Program-made: the position numbers and the translations under genes
Notes under the pieces: generated by a model
What the model was told of the DNA's origin: nothing
The model's input: the letters and a program-made list of their open reading frames with translations, nothing else
The model's database searches: none
Part shown: positions 12,008 to 25,228 of the stretch, one piece after another
Layout: every line of letters begins with the position of its first letter
Numbering within the stretch: position 1 is the first letter of the stretch
Source: Setoptus koraiensis
Lineage: Eukaryota > Animalia > Arthropoda
DNA: 64,000 nt
NCBI GenBank assembly: GCA_048013815.1
Contig: CM106585.1
Location: 5,146,001 to 5,210,000 of the forward strand
Direction: 5' to 3'

Positions 12008-15000
12008 TGATGATTATTATTGCCTATCTAGTTTATGTGTGTACCATCGGAGATCAGTTGGGCACACAATCATGATCTAACTCATCTGCACGAGTCTGCA
12101 ACCAACACGCGGGCATGTGGTTTGAATTTGTGAAACTTAAGTGAAAGGTGACTAGAGAGACAGATCTAGGAAGCGGCATAAGCTTTGTGGGTTTTCTGTC
12201 GGATTGTACTTAATCGCGATACTACACCACTATCCTGTTTTAGTGTACGATTGTCCAAGAGTAAACATTTAAAGAACAGTGAGATCATGAACTAATTATT
12301 CCTACTTACGATGCTAGCCTTTTGTCCCGCTGTGTCCTGTTATATAATGTTTATACCAGCGAGTATTCTACTTTTCTATCTAATAAAACGATTTTATTCT
12401 TCTGGCAGGTGTATGCGTTAGGTAAGACAATCCATGTGATGGCTATAGATTAATTGTAGTATTTTTTTTTGCTTGTTCACAACCTGAATTGAATATTCGG
12501 TAAGATGATCACTAAGTCAGCATGTTACTCTGATAGTTATGAGTTGTTGATTGAATAGAGAAAGCAAATGAGAACGGAAAATCAATAAATTCGTTAGTCT
12601 CTGCATTCAAATATAGAAGGCATCGTTCGTAAGTTCAGATTAGGACAACAAGATTACAACAGTCGGCGGAACACGTATGTCTAGGAAATGCTGTAGATCC
12701 AGAATAGCTCAGCTCTTGGTAAAGTTGTTTCTTGCAATTTTCTGATAAGAATTTGTAGCCATGCTTGAAGCGGAAATGAACTTTCTCTCTTGCGCGTGTC
12801 AGTCGATTAGAGTAGATATAGTTGTAGCTGTAGTTAGCAATTAAACAAGACATGGTTTACATATGATGTTTGGTTGTAATTACTGCCACATGAATACTGC
12901 GGTCAGTTTTAGATCATGAGGGCCATATTTGAATAACATCTCTTTGTCATGATATTGTGAGAGGGTGAACTAGATAAGGAAGATACGTCAGCAACTAGTT
13001 CAGCATTCACAAGTTGACATTATCTGAGCAAAAGAATGGCCCGAGAATGATAAGCCAGCTTCACAGACGATGTGCTCTGAATATAAATGCCTTGGCGATA
13101 CAAGATCTAAAAAAACAATCGGAAACATTTCTCCCTTTGTGAACACATGATGATAGCGAAAGATCAAAATTCAGTTTATGCGAGATAATGATAATTTACA
13201 CCGCAGGCTATTGCCCACCAATAACGAAAGGTGCGTGTCATTGGAATAAAGATCGCAAACACGCGAGGCCTTGTTTGGATTAGGGCGCAGGAAATAGCCA
13301 ATAGATATTCTGCTGTAATGCATGTTCGCTTAGTTGACACTCTCAAGACCGTAGTGTGATAAATGAGAATAAACAATATGAGTTTACTGTCTTAATGACA
13401 AAGCTTGTAGATCTCTCATTGTCGTCTATGTGTCTGTGTCATGAAGGAACCACAATAAGAGAAACAGTTAAGGTTTGTTGTAATGTTTCGCTACCACCAT
13501 TAATCAAGTCGGACCATGATCGATTCTGTTCAAATGGAATAACTCGAAAATGTTGCACTATTCAACACGCACTCGCTAACTTGCTAACGCCTGCGCCATC
13601 ATTGCCCTCAATAATACTAGTAGCACGGATGACTTGCGGGTGCTAAGCTACCTACTTTTTGAGTGTGGCTTAGAAATGAATAGTCAGAAACATATTTCAG
13701 AGGGACACGTTCATGATGGAGCTAGGATCCACGAATGCTAGTCCAACAAATTCACCGATCGTTCTAAATTTTTTATTTTCATCAGCTCGCAACATACATG
13801 AGGGATATAGGCCGAGAGAAAGAGAGACATAGCTCATTCATTTGTGGAATAGCCCCGTCACCTTATCTAGTGAGGTTAGTTGAGGCGACCATTCAATATT
13901 TGGAGGTAGCCTTCAATCAATTTATAGATTAGTCGCTTCTAAATATGAAGAAAAAATTCAAGAGTTGAAATCTTCATGAGTGATCATGAGTTGGAAAAAA
14001 ATACTCTCTGCTGAATCTATACCACATTTGAGTGAGCGCTGTTTTAAACATACTGCTTCAGTAAAGACTGTCTTCGCAAGTTGCATTGTTAGGGCTACAA
14101 TTGTGATTATTGTTACGGGAACGCACCAAAATTTATTCGAGACTCGACCGAATATTTAAGCACGACCCGCTCAACATTGGCCAGATAATAGAGCCATCAT
14201 TGTGACTATTATGTGAGTAAAATATACTTTATCAAACACGCACACATTTACGCACACTTGAATTGACCCTCTGTAATCAAAACTTGCAACAATATTGTAC
14301 TGCTAAGCTATGGTCATGTTACATGATGTATCAAACAAATTTCGCCATCAATGCTAAATTGACCGAAGCAAGTTCGCCGTCGAAGCACATTATAATGGCG
14401 CCGCGCAATGCAAGAGCATAGCTGATGTATTACAAGTATCTCAAGCAGTAACAACGGAGAGAGAATATCCGCAACAATAAACTTGGCTGGCCAATTCGAC
14501 AATCCTACTTATGTTTGTCTTAGCACATTCGTTTATTCCATTTACATTCGAGTGCATAGTTTTCGTTTGTGTGTATGTGAGCAATGATAATGTTTCTGCT
14601 AGTGATATATTTGATCGTATATATATGTACTTGTTACGTGCATGCCGTGCTCAGTATGCAGAACGCTTCATAAAAGTTGGCTAACACACACACAAACTAG
14701 GCGAGATAACATTAGATAATACTCACGATCGACAACAGATAAATCGGCTCCTATTTCTTGCCACACGAAAATGTCGCATTGGATTTACTCGAGGTTCTGG
14801 CAACGGGGATAGATCCGAAGAAAGGGAGTGACACGCTCAAAGTGGGCCTTACTATAGGCGTTTCTGGTTGGCCTAGACTGACAACCACCATCAATCGTAT
14901 CCCATCTGCGAGTTAGAACAATCTAGTCTTTACGTTTTCTTATTTGGGGTGCTGACTACACATTATATATTTAAACACACACTCACACTCATAAATGTTG

Positions 15001-18000
15001 TCTCAAATACGATGGACATTCACGAGATAAGAAGCTGATTCGAATTCCTCTTGTCCTACTAGGCCTAATGTAATGTTGACATATTGGGCCCAACAAGCCT
15101 GGTTTATCTTGGTGAAATTCTCTCTCGCTTGCCCTCTTCCTCCGCGCCTCTATCTATTCGCTCAATCTGATTAGATTGTTGCCACTATTTAATGCGTGTT
15201 TGCGGTTGAAGCAGGTGCATACATAAACTGGAATGTTCGTAATAATACGATGCAAGAATTGTAATCAGAATTCAAGAGTTGCCGAATTCTATTCAGAACT
15301 CTATGAGTAAAGCTGACTAATGAAAGTTGGTTACAATGCGATGAAACAATTTGTAGTAATGGTTAATCTAATGTGCAAACAGCTAAATTGACAAGCATTT
15401 CGCCATAATAATCAGGATAGAATATGGAAAAGGAAGAGTAGCCGCATAGTTAAATGGTCCCCAGTCTAATCTACAGTGTAGTACAAACCAACTCAGTTAC
15501 GAGGTGCTTGCAGCAATTAGAGCTGCATTTTTATGCCTATGTACAAATTATTGGCGGTAGCGTTTCTATGTTTTGATAGTTTCGACAGATCCACTGAGTT
15601 CAAATTACCCAGTAGAAGAATGAGCTGCGATGCATTTGTATGTGCTTCATATCTGCAAATCGACAAGTAGTTCACTGAAGGTGACATGACTATCACTTCA
15701 CCATAATGACATGCTGCTTCTTTTTGCGGTTATTTACTGTTAGCACCAATTTTATCATTGCTTTTGCATTGAGTAGCCATTGAACAACACTTTTGGGAAC
15801 TGATGTGCCGACAATTACAGCCAAAAGCATTCCAACATTGTCTCACTCAAATGTTAGAAAAGTAAAAACTGTGTATGCCTAGAATAAATGAGTACTATAC
15901 TCGTTATGCCATGTGAGTGCGTTCGAATGGCGAGACATGACTGATGTTGTTGCGAGTCGAGTATTTCAGCCAGACATATTACCTATATTACCTAAGGAAG
16001 TATATACCTAGAGAGAAGATTGTATTGCAGTGCGGATAGGGACGCAGCGTGGCCGCTGATTCATCTCTTTGCAGGTGAGAATTCTTTTTGGCACTCGATG
16101 GTGGACGTAAGAGGGAGCCATTTTCTCCATTGATTAGAACAACTATTAGAAAGTACCAGTCTATCACAGAGAAAATCATCCTACTATTATCGTTTAGAAC
16201 TTTCTCAGCTCACATGAAACAATAATAAACACATGGAGAGGATAAAAATGAGAGCAGAGGATAAAAAGAGGCCAAATGAAGTGCTTCTGTACTTGTTCTA
16301 TATAGGTTCTGAGGAACAAAAGTGTTTCAGATTGAGCTAGCTATTAGTAGCAGAGCGTTTGTTATATACATAGACAGATACACTATACGAAACCAGATCC
16401 TTGAATGTGTGCCAATTGTATACCTCTATACTTCAGGAATTACAGCAATTGAGATGACTCAACATCAATTTCGCCCTCCGAGCTTGATTACGCTGGATGG
16501 CGAAGTATATTAAGCCTTAACAATATCTTAAATGTAGTGAGGTTTATGTGGGCACCATGAGTGTCAGATAAAGGTGTACATTTTTTTCCTGGCAAAGATG
16601 TTGCTTTTTTCTTATTGACTGGATAGCATGACGTTCAATAGAGACTTCTTTGAGATGCAGGTAATGAATCAATATATTTAAAACAAGATGGGTCACAGTG
16701 GGAAATGTCTACAAGAGAATTGTTCTCAAGATGTATAGCATCCTAGAGATGCAGATAACAGAGAGCTTGATCTGTTGTAAGGGCGTCTGATGTAAGTGAG
16801 AGAGATTCTTCGGTTTGTCATTAATATATTGAGTCAAGAGCACAAGGCCAACATGGTAAAAATATCGAAACATAGAAAGAGAAACCAAAATAGAATTACA
16901 AAGTAAACTATTTGGTATTTTCTCTGTGTTCTTTTCAAGTTGAATCCTATATATATACTAAAATATATACTAAGACTTAAATTTATACTGCCCTATATCC
17001 CCGAGATAGACTCGATGTAGATGACGTGTGATTTTGGAGAGCAAATAAAGAAAATAGAGTTGTAGTAAGTCTTGGTTTTATAAACAGACTAATCAAATAT
17101 GGGCCTTGGAGTGACGAAACAAGTCTAGCTTCATAGTGTTCAGGCCCAAACTAGAATCTAGCTTAGCAATACACAGACAATTGGTCATAGATATTCGAAC
17201 AATAAGTCTTGTTGTTGACTCTGGCTCGTCCTAGATAAGTACCCGGACGAGACTAAATTCCCGGTGAAAATAACAACAGGGACGTGCGTGCCAAAGCACA
17301 CAACACTTGTCGTAGAAACCGAGATTAAACTAACTGGCTAGTTTCTGATAATAGATATCAATTTTATGGTATTATTCATCTCTCCACTGCCAATCTAATA
17401 CCAATAGTATTTAAGAGCGAATGCCAGTAAAGTGAACCACCATTGATATACTTATTTTGTTCTACTACTATATTCTAGGTATTTTATTTGATCCTCATGA
17501 TATATTTGACCCTTGAGGCATACTTTGAAGGGTGAATCTCACTGATTAAGTTTTATATTGATATAGCTATCTTAATAACAGAGAGGGCTTGTGTTTGAAA
17601 ACACATATATGCAATAAGGAATAGACGGTTTGTAAATACTTGAGTTACAGTGACTCTGGTGTTGCGCGCGAAATTAGATGGTTAAACATTTGATTAGCTC
17701 TTGACGTGATTGCGTGTATTAGCGTACAAGCATCCAGATATCAATCGTTGTGGTAGTAGTGGTTGCGATGATTACCAGAAGACAACTAGATTGCAGACTC
17801 AATAGGACATCATGTTGAGTGAATCATGGAATACTCCAACTATGAAACAGCTTCGCACATGGAAAAGAGACTAGGAACGTATGGCTTATATTGAACCAAG
17901 GCTAACACTCTCATACCGAGTCGATGTTCAATCTCTCTAGATATCAAAATATTCGAGTTCATTGAATACTGCTGCCCGAGCTATTATAGATTGTGTGAGT

Positions 18001-20499
18001 ACAGTATCCAAGTACGTATAATAAATTGTGGGCCCCTAAAAAGATCGCAATTTGTCATAAGCTATGGCTGTAAACCTAAAGTTATGTAATAACAGATTCA
18101 GAGAGCCAGCATGATTTGCTAATCGCCGGATTATTCTTCTGATTTTTGTCTGATAGCCTTGAGCAATGATTGAAAGTGTCAAAAGCTAGCTGATGACGGC
18201 GAAACCCAACGGTCTTCTTTAATAGATTGTTCAGTTCCTAACCTAGTTACTCCTATATAAGGGATGGTATCTTGTTCCGTAAAGGAAGGCCGTTCTATTA
18301 GGCTCTCATTGCTAGAGCAGACAACAGAATGTCCATCGTTTAAGTTGATGCTATATTCTGCTCAAGACTGAAAACGCGAGGAGTAGTCCAACAACAGTGC
18401 TACTTACAATGGAGATGAAAGGCATGTCAGAAATGCTACTGTGAATAATAGCGGGTGTGATCTGCCAAAAAGAGATTGAGCTCCGGACAGTTCAAGATTG
18501 AGATAGTCCGAACTGTAGAATATTTGTAACAATTTAAAAGATCCCGCAGCTTCCTAGGAAAAATTTGTTTAGACAACGTTTCGTGCTGAACATCGAATGG
18601 TGCAAGATTGAAGGCAACTGATATATGGATTAAGTTAATTCAACCAACTGGCTCATAACATGAGAGGAACAAGTTGGTTCGAGTTGTGGTTATGTAAATT
18701 CATAGATATAGAAATATAAACCAAAGTTGCATTGATGTAGTGTATGACTGAATTTATATATATATATATATTCAGTTATATTCATTATATTATTAGAATT
18801 GTTATATTTCTGTCGTTGTCATTATATTTTAGGATTGGATCAGCTTTTAGTTAAAGAGAAGGAAGCAAGGAAATTTTAACATCTAAATATTAGATGAACC
18901 AGAGGTTAGAGATTGATGAGCTACTACGTCAAGTGAAAATGTACTATTCGGATGAAGGGGAGATAGCTATTATTATTATTATAGCTATAGATCCAGGTTC
19001 CGACTTCATGGCAGCAAAACTCATCAATCTGTCTCTGTTTTGATTGGATGAGCCTTGGCAGGAGCGTAAAAGAACACAAAAGAGGTCTCTCTCGACTATC
19101 AGTTGAAGATTTATTGCACACATCCAACGCTAATAATCTGTACGACTACAAAATAGACCACGCAGTTGGTATTGATTTTAGCAAGTAACCGACCAAAACT
19201 ACATTGTAGCTTGGTACATTGGTGCTATAATCACTAGCTGTTGCCAATTTTACCACGGTGTTGGAGAAATAACAAAATGAATGCACCTCTCGGATTCCAA
19301 TCAGGAAGCGATCAGTCAGCACTACTGTGTATCGTCATTACTACCATTTGCGTGATATCGTTATATGGAGTATTCGAAGCGTCAGTATAATCTGATGATT
19401 ATTTCGACTTGTCCGGTGCTACTTGGATTTGTCTTTAGAAAGCTTATAAATCCCACAAGAGACTGCACATACATACTCGACTTGTATAACGAGGGTGCTC
19501 TGGAAAATGGACAGTGCTTTCGAGACAACAAATTCCACGAACGACAGAATTCACGTCTGGGACGTGAACTCTGTTGCACGTAATGTTTCGGAACGAGACG
19601 CACCGCGTGCTTGGATATTGGCGCCATAATAAGGATAACGAAGATTGTTCGGAAGATAGGTTGCTACTTACATTTACTCATTTGTCCTTGTGCAACGGAA
19701 TTGCATGTTGTATTCCTGTAATGGACCCGACGATTGATCTTCACTCAAACGTTCTGATAATAATATTCTGGGAAAGTGTACTCTTAACTGTGAGATTAAA
19801 TGTTTACTTGAATAACTATCCACTAATTAGCTAATTAGCTAATCAGCTATGTCACAACCTTCGTTACACAACGAAAACACTATGCGCTCTCGCTTTTCTC
19901 GATTGTCTTTTATATCTGTTTCGTTTCTTGCTTTGTTGTTGTCTCAGTGGTTTACACTGTAAGTGTTGCACAAAACTGTTTAAAACTGATACTGTTCAAC
20001 TAATTCTTGTCTGATGTCGCTTTTCCAACTATATGGTGCATATATATTTTTGTTTATATGCTATATTTTGCACATCCTAAAATTTTACAACTATTCACAC
20101 TGTTACATTGTCTCGCCGTTGAGTATTATTACATGTATTTGATTGATTATGTTGGCATTAATATTGATTGTATGATAGTGATAATGATTGATCCGATGTG
20201 ATAATATTAATAATGAGAATGATGATAATAATATTAATAACAGTGCATTGCAATAGCTGCAATGATAATTCTATTAAAAATGTCGAAGATAATAAGTGGA
20301 TGATAATAATTGGAATGGTAATAGTATTAGCAGTAGCAATAGTAGAATATTCTTCACAACCTTATTTTCACAAAAATAATCCGCCCCTCTTATAGAACAT
20401 TTCGTCTCTTATTGTTCGATGCTTATCAATCCATCGATTGTCCACCTTCTCCAGATCATTGTTAGGTTAGGCAGCCAAACAGTTCGTTACCTCAATAGT

Positions 20500-21318
20500 T
20501 CGATAATAAACAAATACGAGACGCGCGCATCACCACCAACTCGGCTTGCCTCTGAGATGTCGCGCGGCGCGCGTGTACGTCTGTCTATGTGAGCCTAAAT
20601 TATATGAAATGTGTGAGTGTGTGTGTCTGTGTGTGTGTGTGTGTGTGTGTGCGCTTACCAAAATGTGTACCCCCTTTTTAGAACCCTCTTTTATAAAACT
20701 GTCTTGCAGCTATAGCTCATTCGATTCGATTCTGTTCGATTCGGTGCTGCCGCTGGTGCTGCTTCATGTGGTTGAAGAGCCCCTTTATATGTTGGCTGTT
20801 GGGTCGCAATCAAAACACACACACACACACACACACGCACGCACACACACACACACACACATTCACTCACACAGACACACACACAAAGACACACATACAT
20901 ATATACGCAAAGACTGCACATATAGAAGAAACTACCTAACAAACTAGCACACACGTAAAGGTGAGGCGAGTCTAGGTGAGGTGAGAAATGTGCTTACAGC
21001 GTTACATGATATTCTGCACATTGCACTGTAGATCCTGTTTTGGTGCTGTTTGAATATTCAAACACGTATGAAGCAGACATACATATAGAACAAGTTGCAC
21101 CTATGATGTGTGGTTACAGACAGAAAAAGAGAGGCGCCAGCATAATGCAAATTAAGTTATATAACAAAATATCAAATAAGACCTGTCTACTGTAGTCCCA
21201 TGTAGTTTTTTCATCGGCTAATGCGCACTGGGCCGATGTGCTAGCTGCTGGGCGATGGACGCTAGGCGCTAGGCAAATCTAAAATGATTACATGTACACT
21301 TGGCGAGTGCAAAATGCG

Positions 21319-21362
<44 letters not shown>

Positions 21363-21400
21363 TGTCCCTGAGTGAAATATAAAACTATCCAAACTATATT
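20500..21400. promoter_or_regulatory. Putative promoter / first-exon region between divergently oriented Ace and SARS2
   Basis: (GT)n, (CA)n and (CT)n tracts, TATAAAA on both strands at about 20688-20698, TCATTC at 20717, and a minus-strand TTG|GTAAGC donor at 20658. Inference only; no transcript evidence. Confidence 0.3.
21322..21361. repeat. (CT)~20 microsatellite
   Basis: Perfect dinucleotide run. Confidence 0.95.
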
Positions 21401-21940
21401 GCAGATTCATTTCTCATTCTTTCCTACATGCTCGAAAAAGATTTCGTTCTTTCCGTCAAACCAATTGATTGATAGACGTTTCTTCGAAAGAATTAACCTT
21501 TTGGTGAGCTTTTCTGGTTGTTGGATAGCGGCGTAATCAGTTCACGGCCAGGCTATTTCTAAGCTTTCTTTTTGATCATGTTGCAAATTTAACTAATCTT
21601 TCTTGTCTTCTTGGGGTATCAAATTTGAAATTTTAGAATAAATTAGCGACACAGCTTCATCAGTCACTCGCTAGTAGCAAAGCAATCAATAGAACACGTG
21701 TAATATCGAAAAATATCTTGAGAAAAAATCAAGAGTAGAATATCAAGCAGGCTGCATGCTTACACATGTAAACAACGCACTTCGGAAGCACATCGCATAG
21801 ATCATGTGTTCTGTGTTATCTGTTCATTCGACCACCCGTGCACGGCGCTGGTGTCTAAAACAAAATCCAATTGATATTGTTGTTCTCATTCTAAATTTTA
21901 ATGTTTACGGATATTTATTCCAACAACAATCATATTTATA

Positions 21941-23002
21941 ATGGCCACGCCACGCATAATCAAGATCGTCAATGGAAAGAGGGGTCATCTCAAGTTCAAT
22001 TCACCACTCAAATGTATGGAGGATATCTGCAATCGCTTGGGATTGCTTTATTCATCAGGTTTGGGTAGCGTCGGACAAGTGGGAGGTAATCGTAGTTACA
22101 CTTTCTTTGGTTCCTTAGCAAAATTGGAGAAAGCTCTGCTGAGATGGACCATGGATCAATTAGTAACACGACACAATTTTACACCAGTAACAGTCCCTAA
22201 TCTCTTGTATGATCACATTATCGAAAACTGCGGATTCCCCACCAAATCTCACAGATCGCAAGTATATAAGATAGCTGGCCGGACATCGAATAAAGAACTG
22301 GCCTCGATAACTGTTGTTGATAAGGAACAGAATGTTTGCCTTGCGGGAACATCCGAGTTTGCATTGGCTGCCTTCCACATTGGTGATACAATCGAAATTG
22401 ACGATTTGCCAAAAAAGTTTTGTGCTGTTTCACGATGTTATAGAGCTGAGACATCTGATATTTCGAGGGAAAGTGGAATATACCGTGTTCATTATTTTAA
22501 CAAAGTAGAAATGGTTGCCTTGACAGAAAAAGATAAGAGTCGAGATATGCTAGATAAGTTCTTGGAGATACAATGTGACCTCTTCAGCAGTTTGGGTCTG
22601 CATTTCCAAGTGCTTGAGATGCCGCAAGATGATCTCGGTTTGTCCGCCTCAAAAAAGTATGATATAGAGGCATTTATGTCAGGTAGAGGAATCTATGGAG
22701 AAATATCCAGCACATCGAATTGTACAGACTATCAATCAAAAAGGCTCAACATGAGGTACTCCTACATAGATACTTGTGAAAAAACAGACCGATTGGATAT
22801 TAAAACTGAGTTTGTTCATACAGTCAATGGGACAGCTTGTGCTTCGGTAAGAATGTTGATAGCGTTGATAGAACAAAATCAAACCGAAGATGGAAGGTTC
22901 CTCATACCGGAGCCTCTTCAACCTTATATGGGTGGTATGAAAATAATAGAGCCTAATAAATTTACAAACGTTTCTGATAGAAACAATGACCCGTACGCCT
23001 AA
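21941..23002 (+). CDS. SARS2: Seryl-tRNA synthetase, mitochondrial type, 353 aa; N-terminal coiled-coil arm not seen
   Basis: Class II motifs LAGTSE, SRCYRAE, GIYRVHYFNKVEM, KKYDIEAFM, EISSTSNCTDYQSKRL and HTVNGTACA. Confidence 0.88.
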   Translation: MATPRIIKIVNGKRGHLKFNSPLKCMEDICNRLGLLYSSGLGSVGQVGGNRSYTFFGSLAKLEKALLRWTMDQLVTRHNFTPVTVPNLLYDHIIENCGFPTKSHRSQVYKIAGRTSNKELASITVVDKEQNVCLAGTSEFALAAFHIGDTIEIDDLPKKFCAVSRCYRAETSDISRESGIYRVHYFNKVEMVALTEKDKSRDMLDKFLEIQCDLFSSLGLHFQVLEMPQDDLGLSASKKYDIEAFMSGRGIYGEISSTSNCTDYQSKRLNMRYSYIDTCEKTDRLDIKTEFVHTVNGTACASVRMLIALIEQNQTEDGRFLIPEPLQPYMGGMKIIEPNKFTNVSDRNNDPYA

Positions 23003-23276
23003 ATCTTGAATACACCCAGGATGGTGTAGTGACGTAATTGGGGCGACCCATTGTACTTGTCCCCGATCGAGTCTACCATTTTAAATCACGCGCTTGTTTG
23101 TTTTGCCGCTCCGAAATATTGCCGATACATCAGACTCGGATTCAAAGTTGCAGCTCGTATGAGTCGCAACACGTACCTCAGCGACAATCCTTTCCAGCAT
23201 CCCTCAAACTTCAATTCGATACCCTCTGTTAATCATAAAGTTATCATTACTAAAGCATTACTGTAGAGCGGCGAGA

Positions 23277-24777
23277 ATGGTTCTAACTGATCGCTCATGT
23301 GATACATTGAGATCTGAAACTTTGGACAAACTTAATAATTTGAATCCATGTCCTGAACTGGTCAATATTATCACAAGTTACGGCAATACAGTGGACGACC
23401 GAGATGGTATTGATAACTTTAAGGCGGATATTGAGTTCATCACCAAAGGTTGTAATAGAATGGCCAATCCTAGACTATGGAGACCTTTATCGAGCGCTTC
23501 CAACATTGACAAGCTTATTCTTAAACTAAAGTTAGATTGGCCAAGAAAAAAGGATTGTGAAGCAGTAATCAATACTCTTGAAGAAATTGAGCAATCATAC
23601 TCTGATAAAATTAGACCCGCCTCCGTTGCAAACACTAAGAAATACACTACCCCTGAAGAGCGTAAAGCGCAACAGGAAAAACAGCAACCGAAGTCCCATG
23701 GATTCAATTCGGCTAAAGAAGCTTCCAGAAATCCCATATTGGACGATGAAAGACTGAAGAATATAGATCCGAATATCGCGGAAAGAATACTGAATGAAGT
23801 CGTTGATAAAAAACAGAATATAAAGTGGGACGATATCGCTGGACTGAAGTTTGCTAAGATAGCCATAAATGAAATTGTTGTGTATCCTATGCTAAACCCC
23901 ACTGTTTTTAGAGGACTTCTCGCACCAGCGAAAGGTCTTCTCCTGTTTGGACCGCCAGGCACAGGTAAAACTCTTATTGGTAAATGCATAGCAAATGAAT
24001 CCAAAGCTACATTCTTCGCAATTTCAGCCTCATCTTTGACCTCAAAATGGGTTGGTGAAGGTGAAAAGATGGTGAGGGCGTTATTCGCGGTAGCTAGGTG
24101 TCTCCAGCCATCAGTTGTATTCATCGACGAAATAGACTCAATGCTTACTCATAGAACAGACAATGAACATGATTCATCCAGACGTATGAAAACCGAGTTT
24201 CTCGTCCAATTCGATGGAGTTTCCACGGAAACAGAAGACAGAATTCTCATAATTGGAGCCACAAATAGACCTCAAGAGCTAGATGAAGCTGCTAGAAGAC
24301 GATTTACAAAGAGATTGTACATACCTCTTCCGGACAAGGATGCTAGAGCAGAGATAATCGAGCGGTTACTGATTGGTCAGAATCACTCACTTACTAAAGA
24401 GTGTGCAATTGAGATAGCCTCCAAGGCTGAAGGTAAGCCCGGGTCTAAACTCTACCAGATACATATTTCAACTCAGCTTAGAGAGTACTGCGTCAACTTT
24501 ACTGTTATGATTTCTCTACTCTGATTCAGGTTACTCTGGGGCTGATATGACAAATCTTTGCAAAGAGGCGGCAATGGAGCCGATAAGGACAATAATCAGG
24601 AAGGACCCTTTGAGCGGTGTTCAGAACCTCGAGACCGCTTCGGTCCCCCCAATAACCAAAGAAGATTTCGAAAGCGCCTTGAGACAGGTAAAGGCAAGTG
24701 TGAGTAACTCGGACTTAAATTTATACTTGGAGTGGAATAGAAATTTCGGGAGTGTTGGCAATGATGAAATCTTGTAG
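23277..24777 (+). CDS. FIGNL1: Fidgetin-like 1 AAA+ ATPase, 467 aa: join(23277..24432,24530..24777)
   Basis: LKNIDP..I..I.NEVVD, WDDIAGL, GPPGTGKT (Walker A), VFIDEIDS (Walker B), GATNRPQELDEAARRRF. A 97-nt GTAAGC..TTCAG intron restores GYSGADMTNLCKEAA; C-terminus ends WNRNFGS. Confidence 0.92.
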
Positions 24778-25228
24778 CAAATTTTCTCCAATTTTAATAT
24801 TTATGGCATCTAAATCATGTGCTTTGATACCTTATAAACATTTCTCTAAATAAATCATCAGAATCAATCCTGTCATTCATTATGCAAGAATCTATATTTG
24901 GGTTTACTCTATAGATCTACATTATGGACCTAGATGGGCTTGTGTGGGTGTACATATATATACGTATATATATAAATATAAATATATTTGTTTTTGTGTT
25001 TAATGGGTATATGTACATAGTTGGTTGGTGCTATGTATAGGATGTAAATTTTTATCTGTGTTTGTATATATCTAAATCTAATATTTGTATTATAAAAAAT
25101 GGTAGTTGGCTCTCATCTATGGCAAAAAATATTGTTGCATTCGGTAGTATCCGATGTAATAATAATAATAGTAATAATTTATAGTGTCGACGGTGTATTA
25201 GTGATTGTTTAGTGAACTCATCGTCGTG

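Noticed and set aside
20461-20471. TTAGGTTAGG, the arthropod telomere unit
   Set aside because: Only two copies; expected by chance.
21941-23002. Could be the catalytically dead paralog SLIMP
   Set aside because: Motif 2 and motif 3 residues and the serine-binding TSE loop look intact.
23378-24124. 248-aa minus-strand ORF, and similar ones at 25497-25901, 5082-5426 and 42419-42727
   Set aside because: Antisense shadows of well-supported genes with no recognisable motifs.
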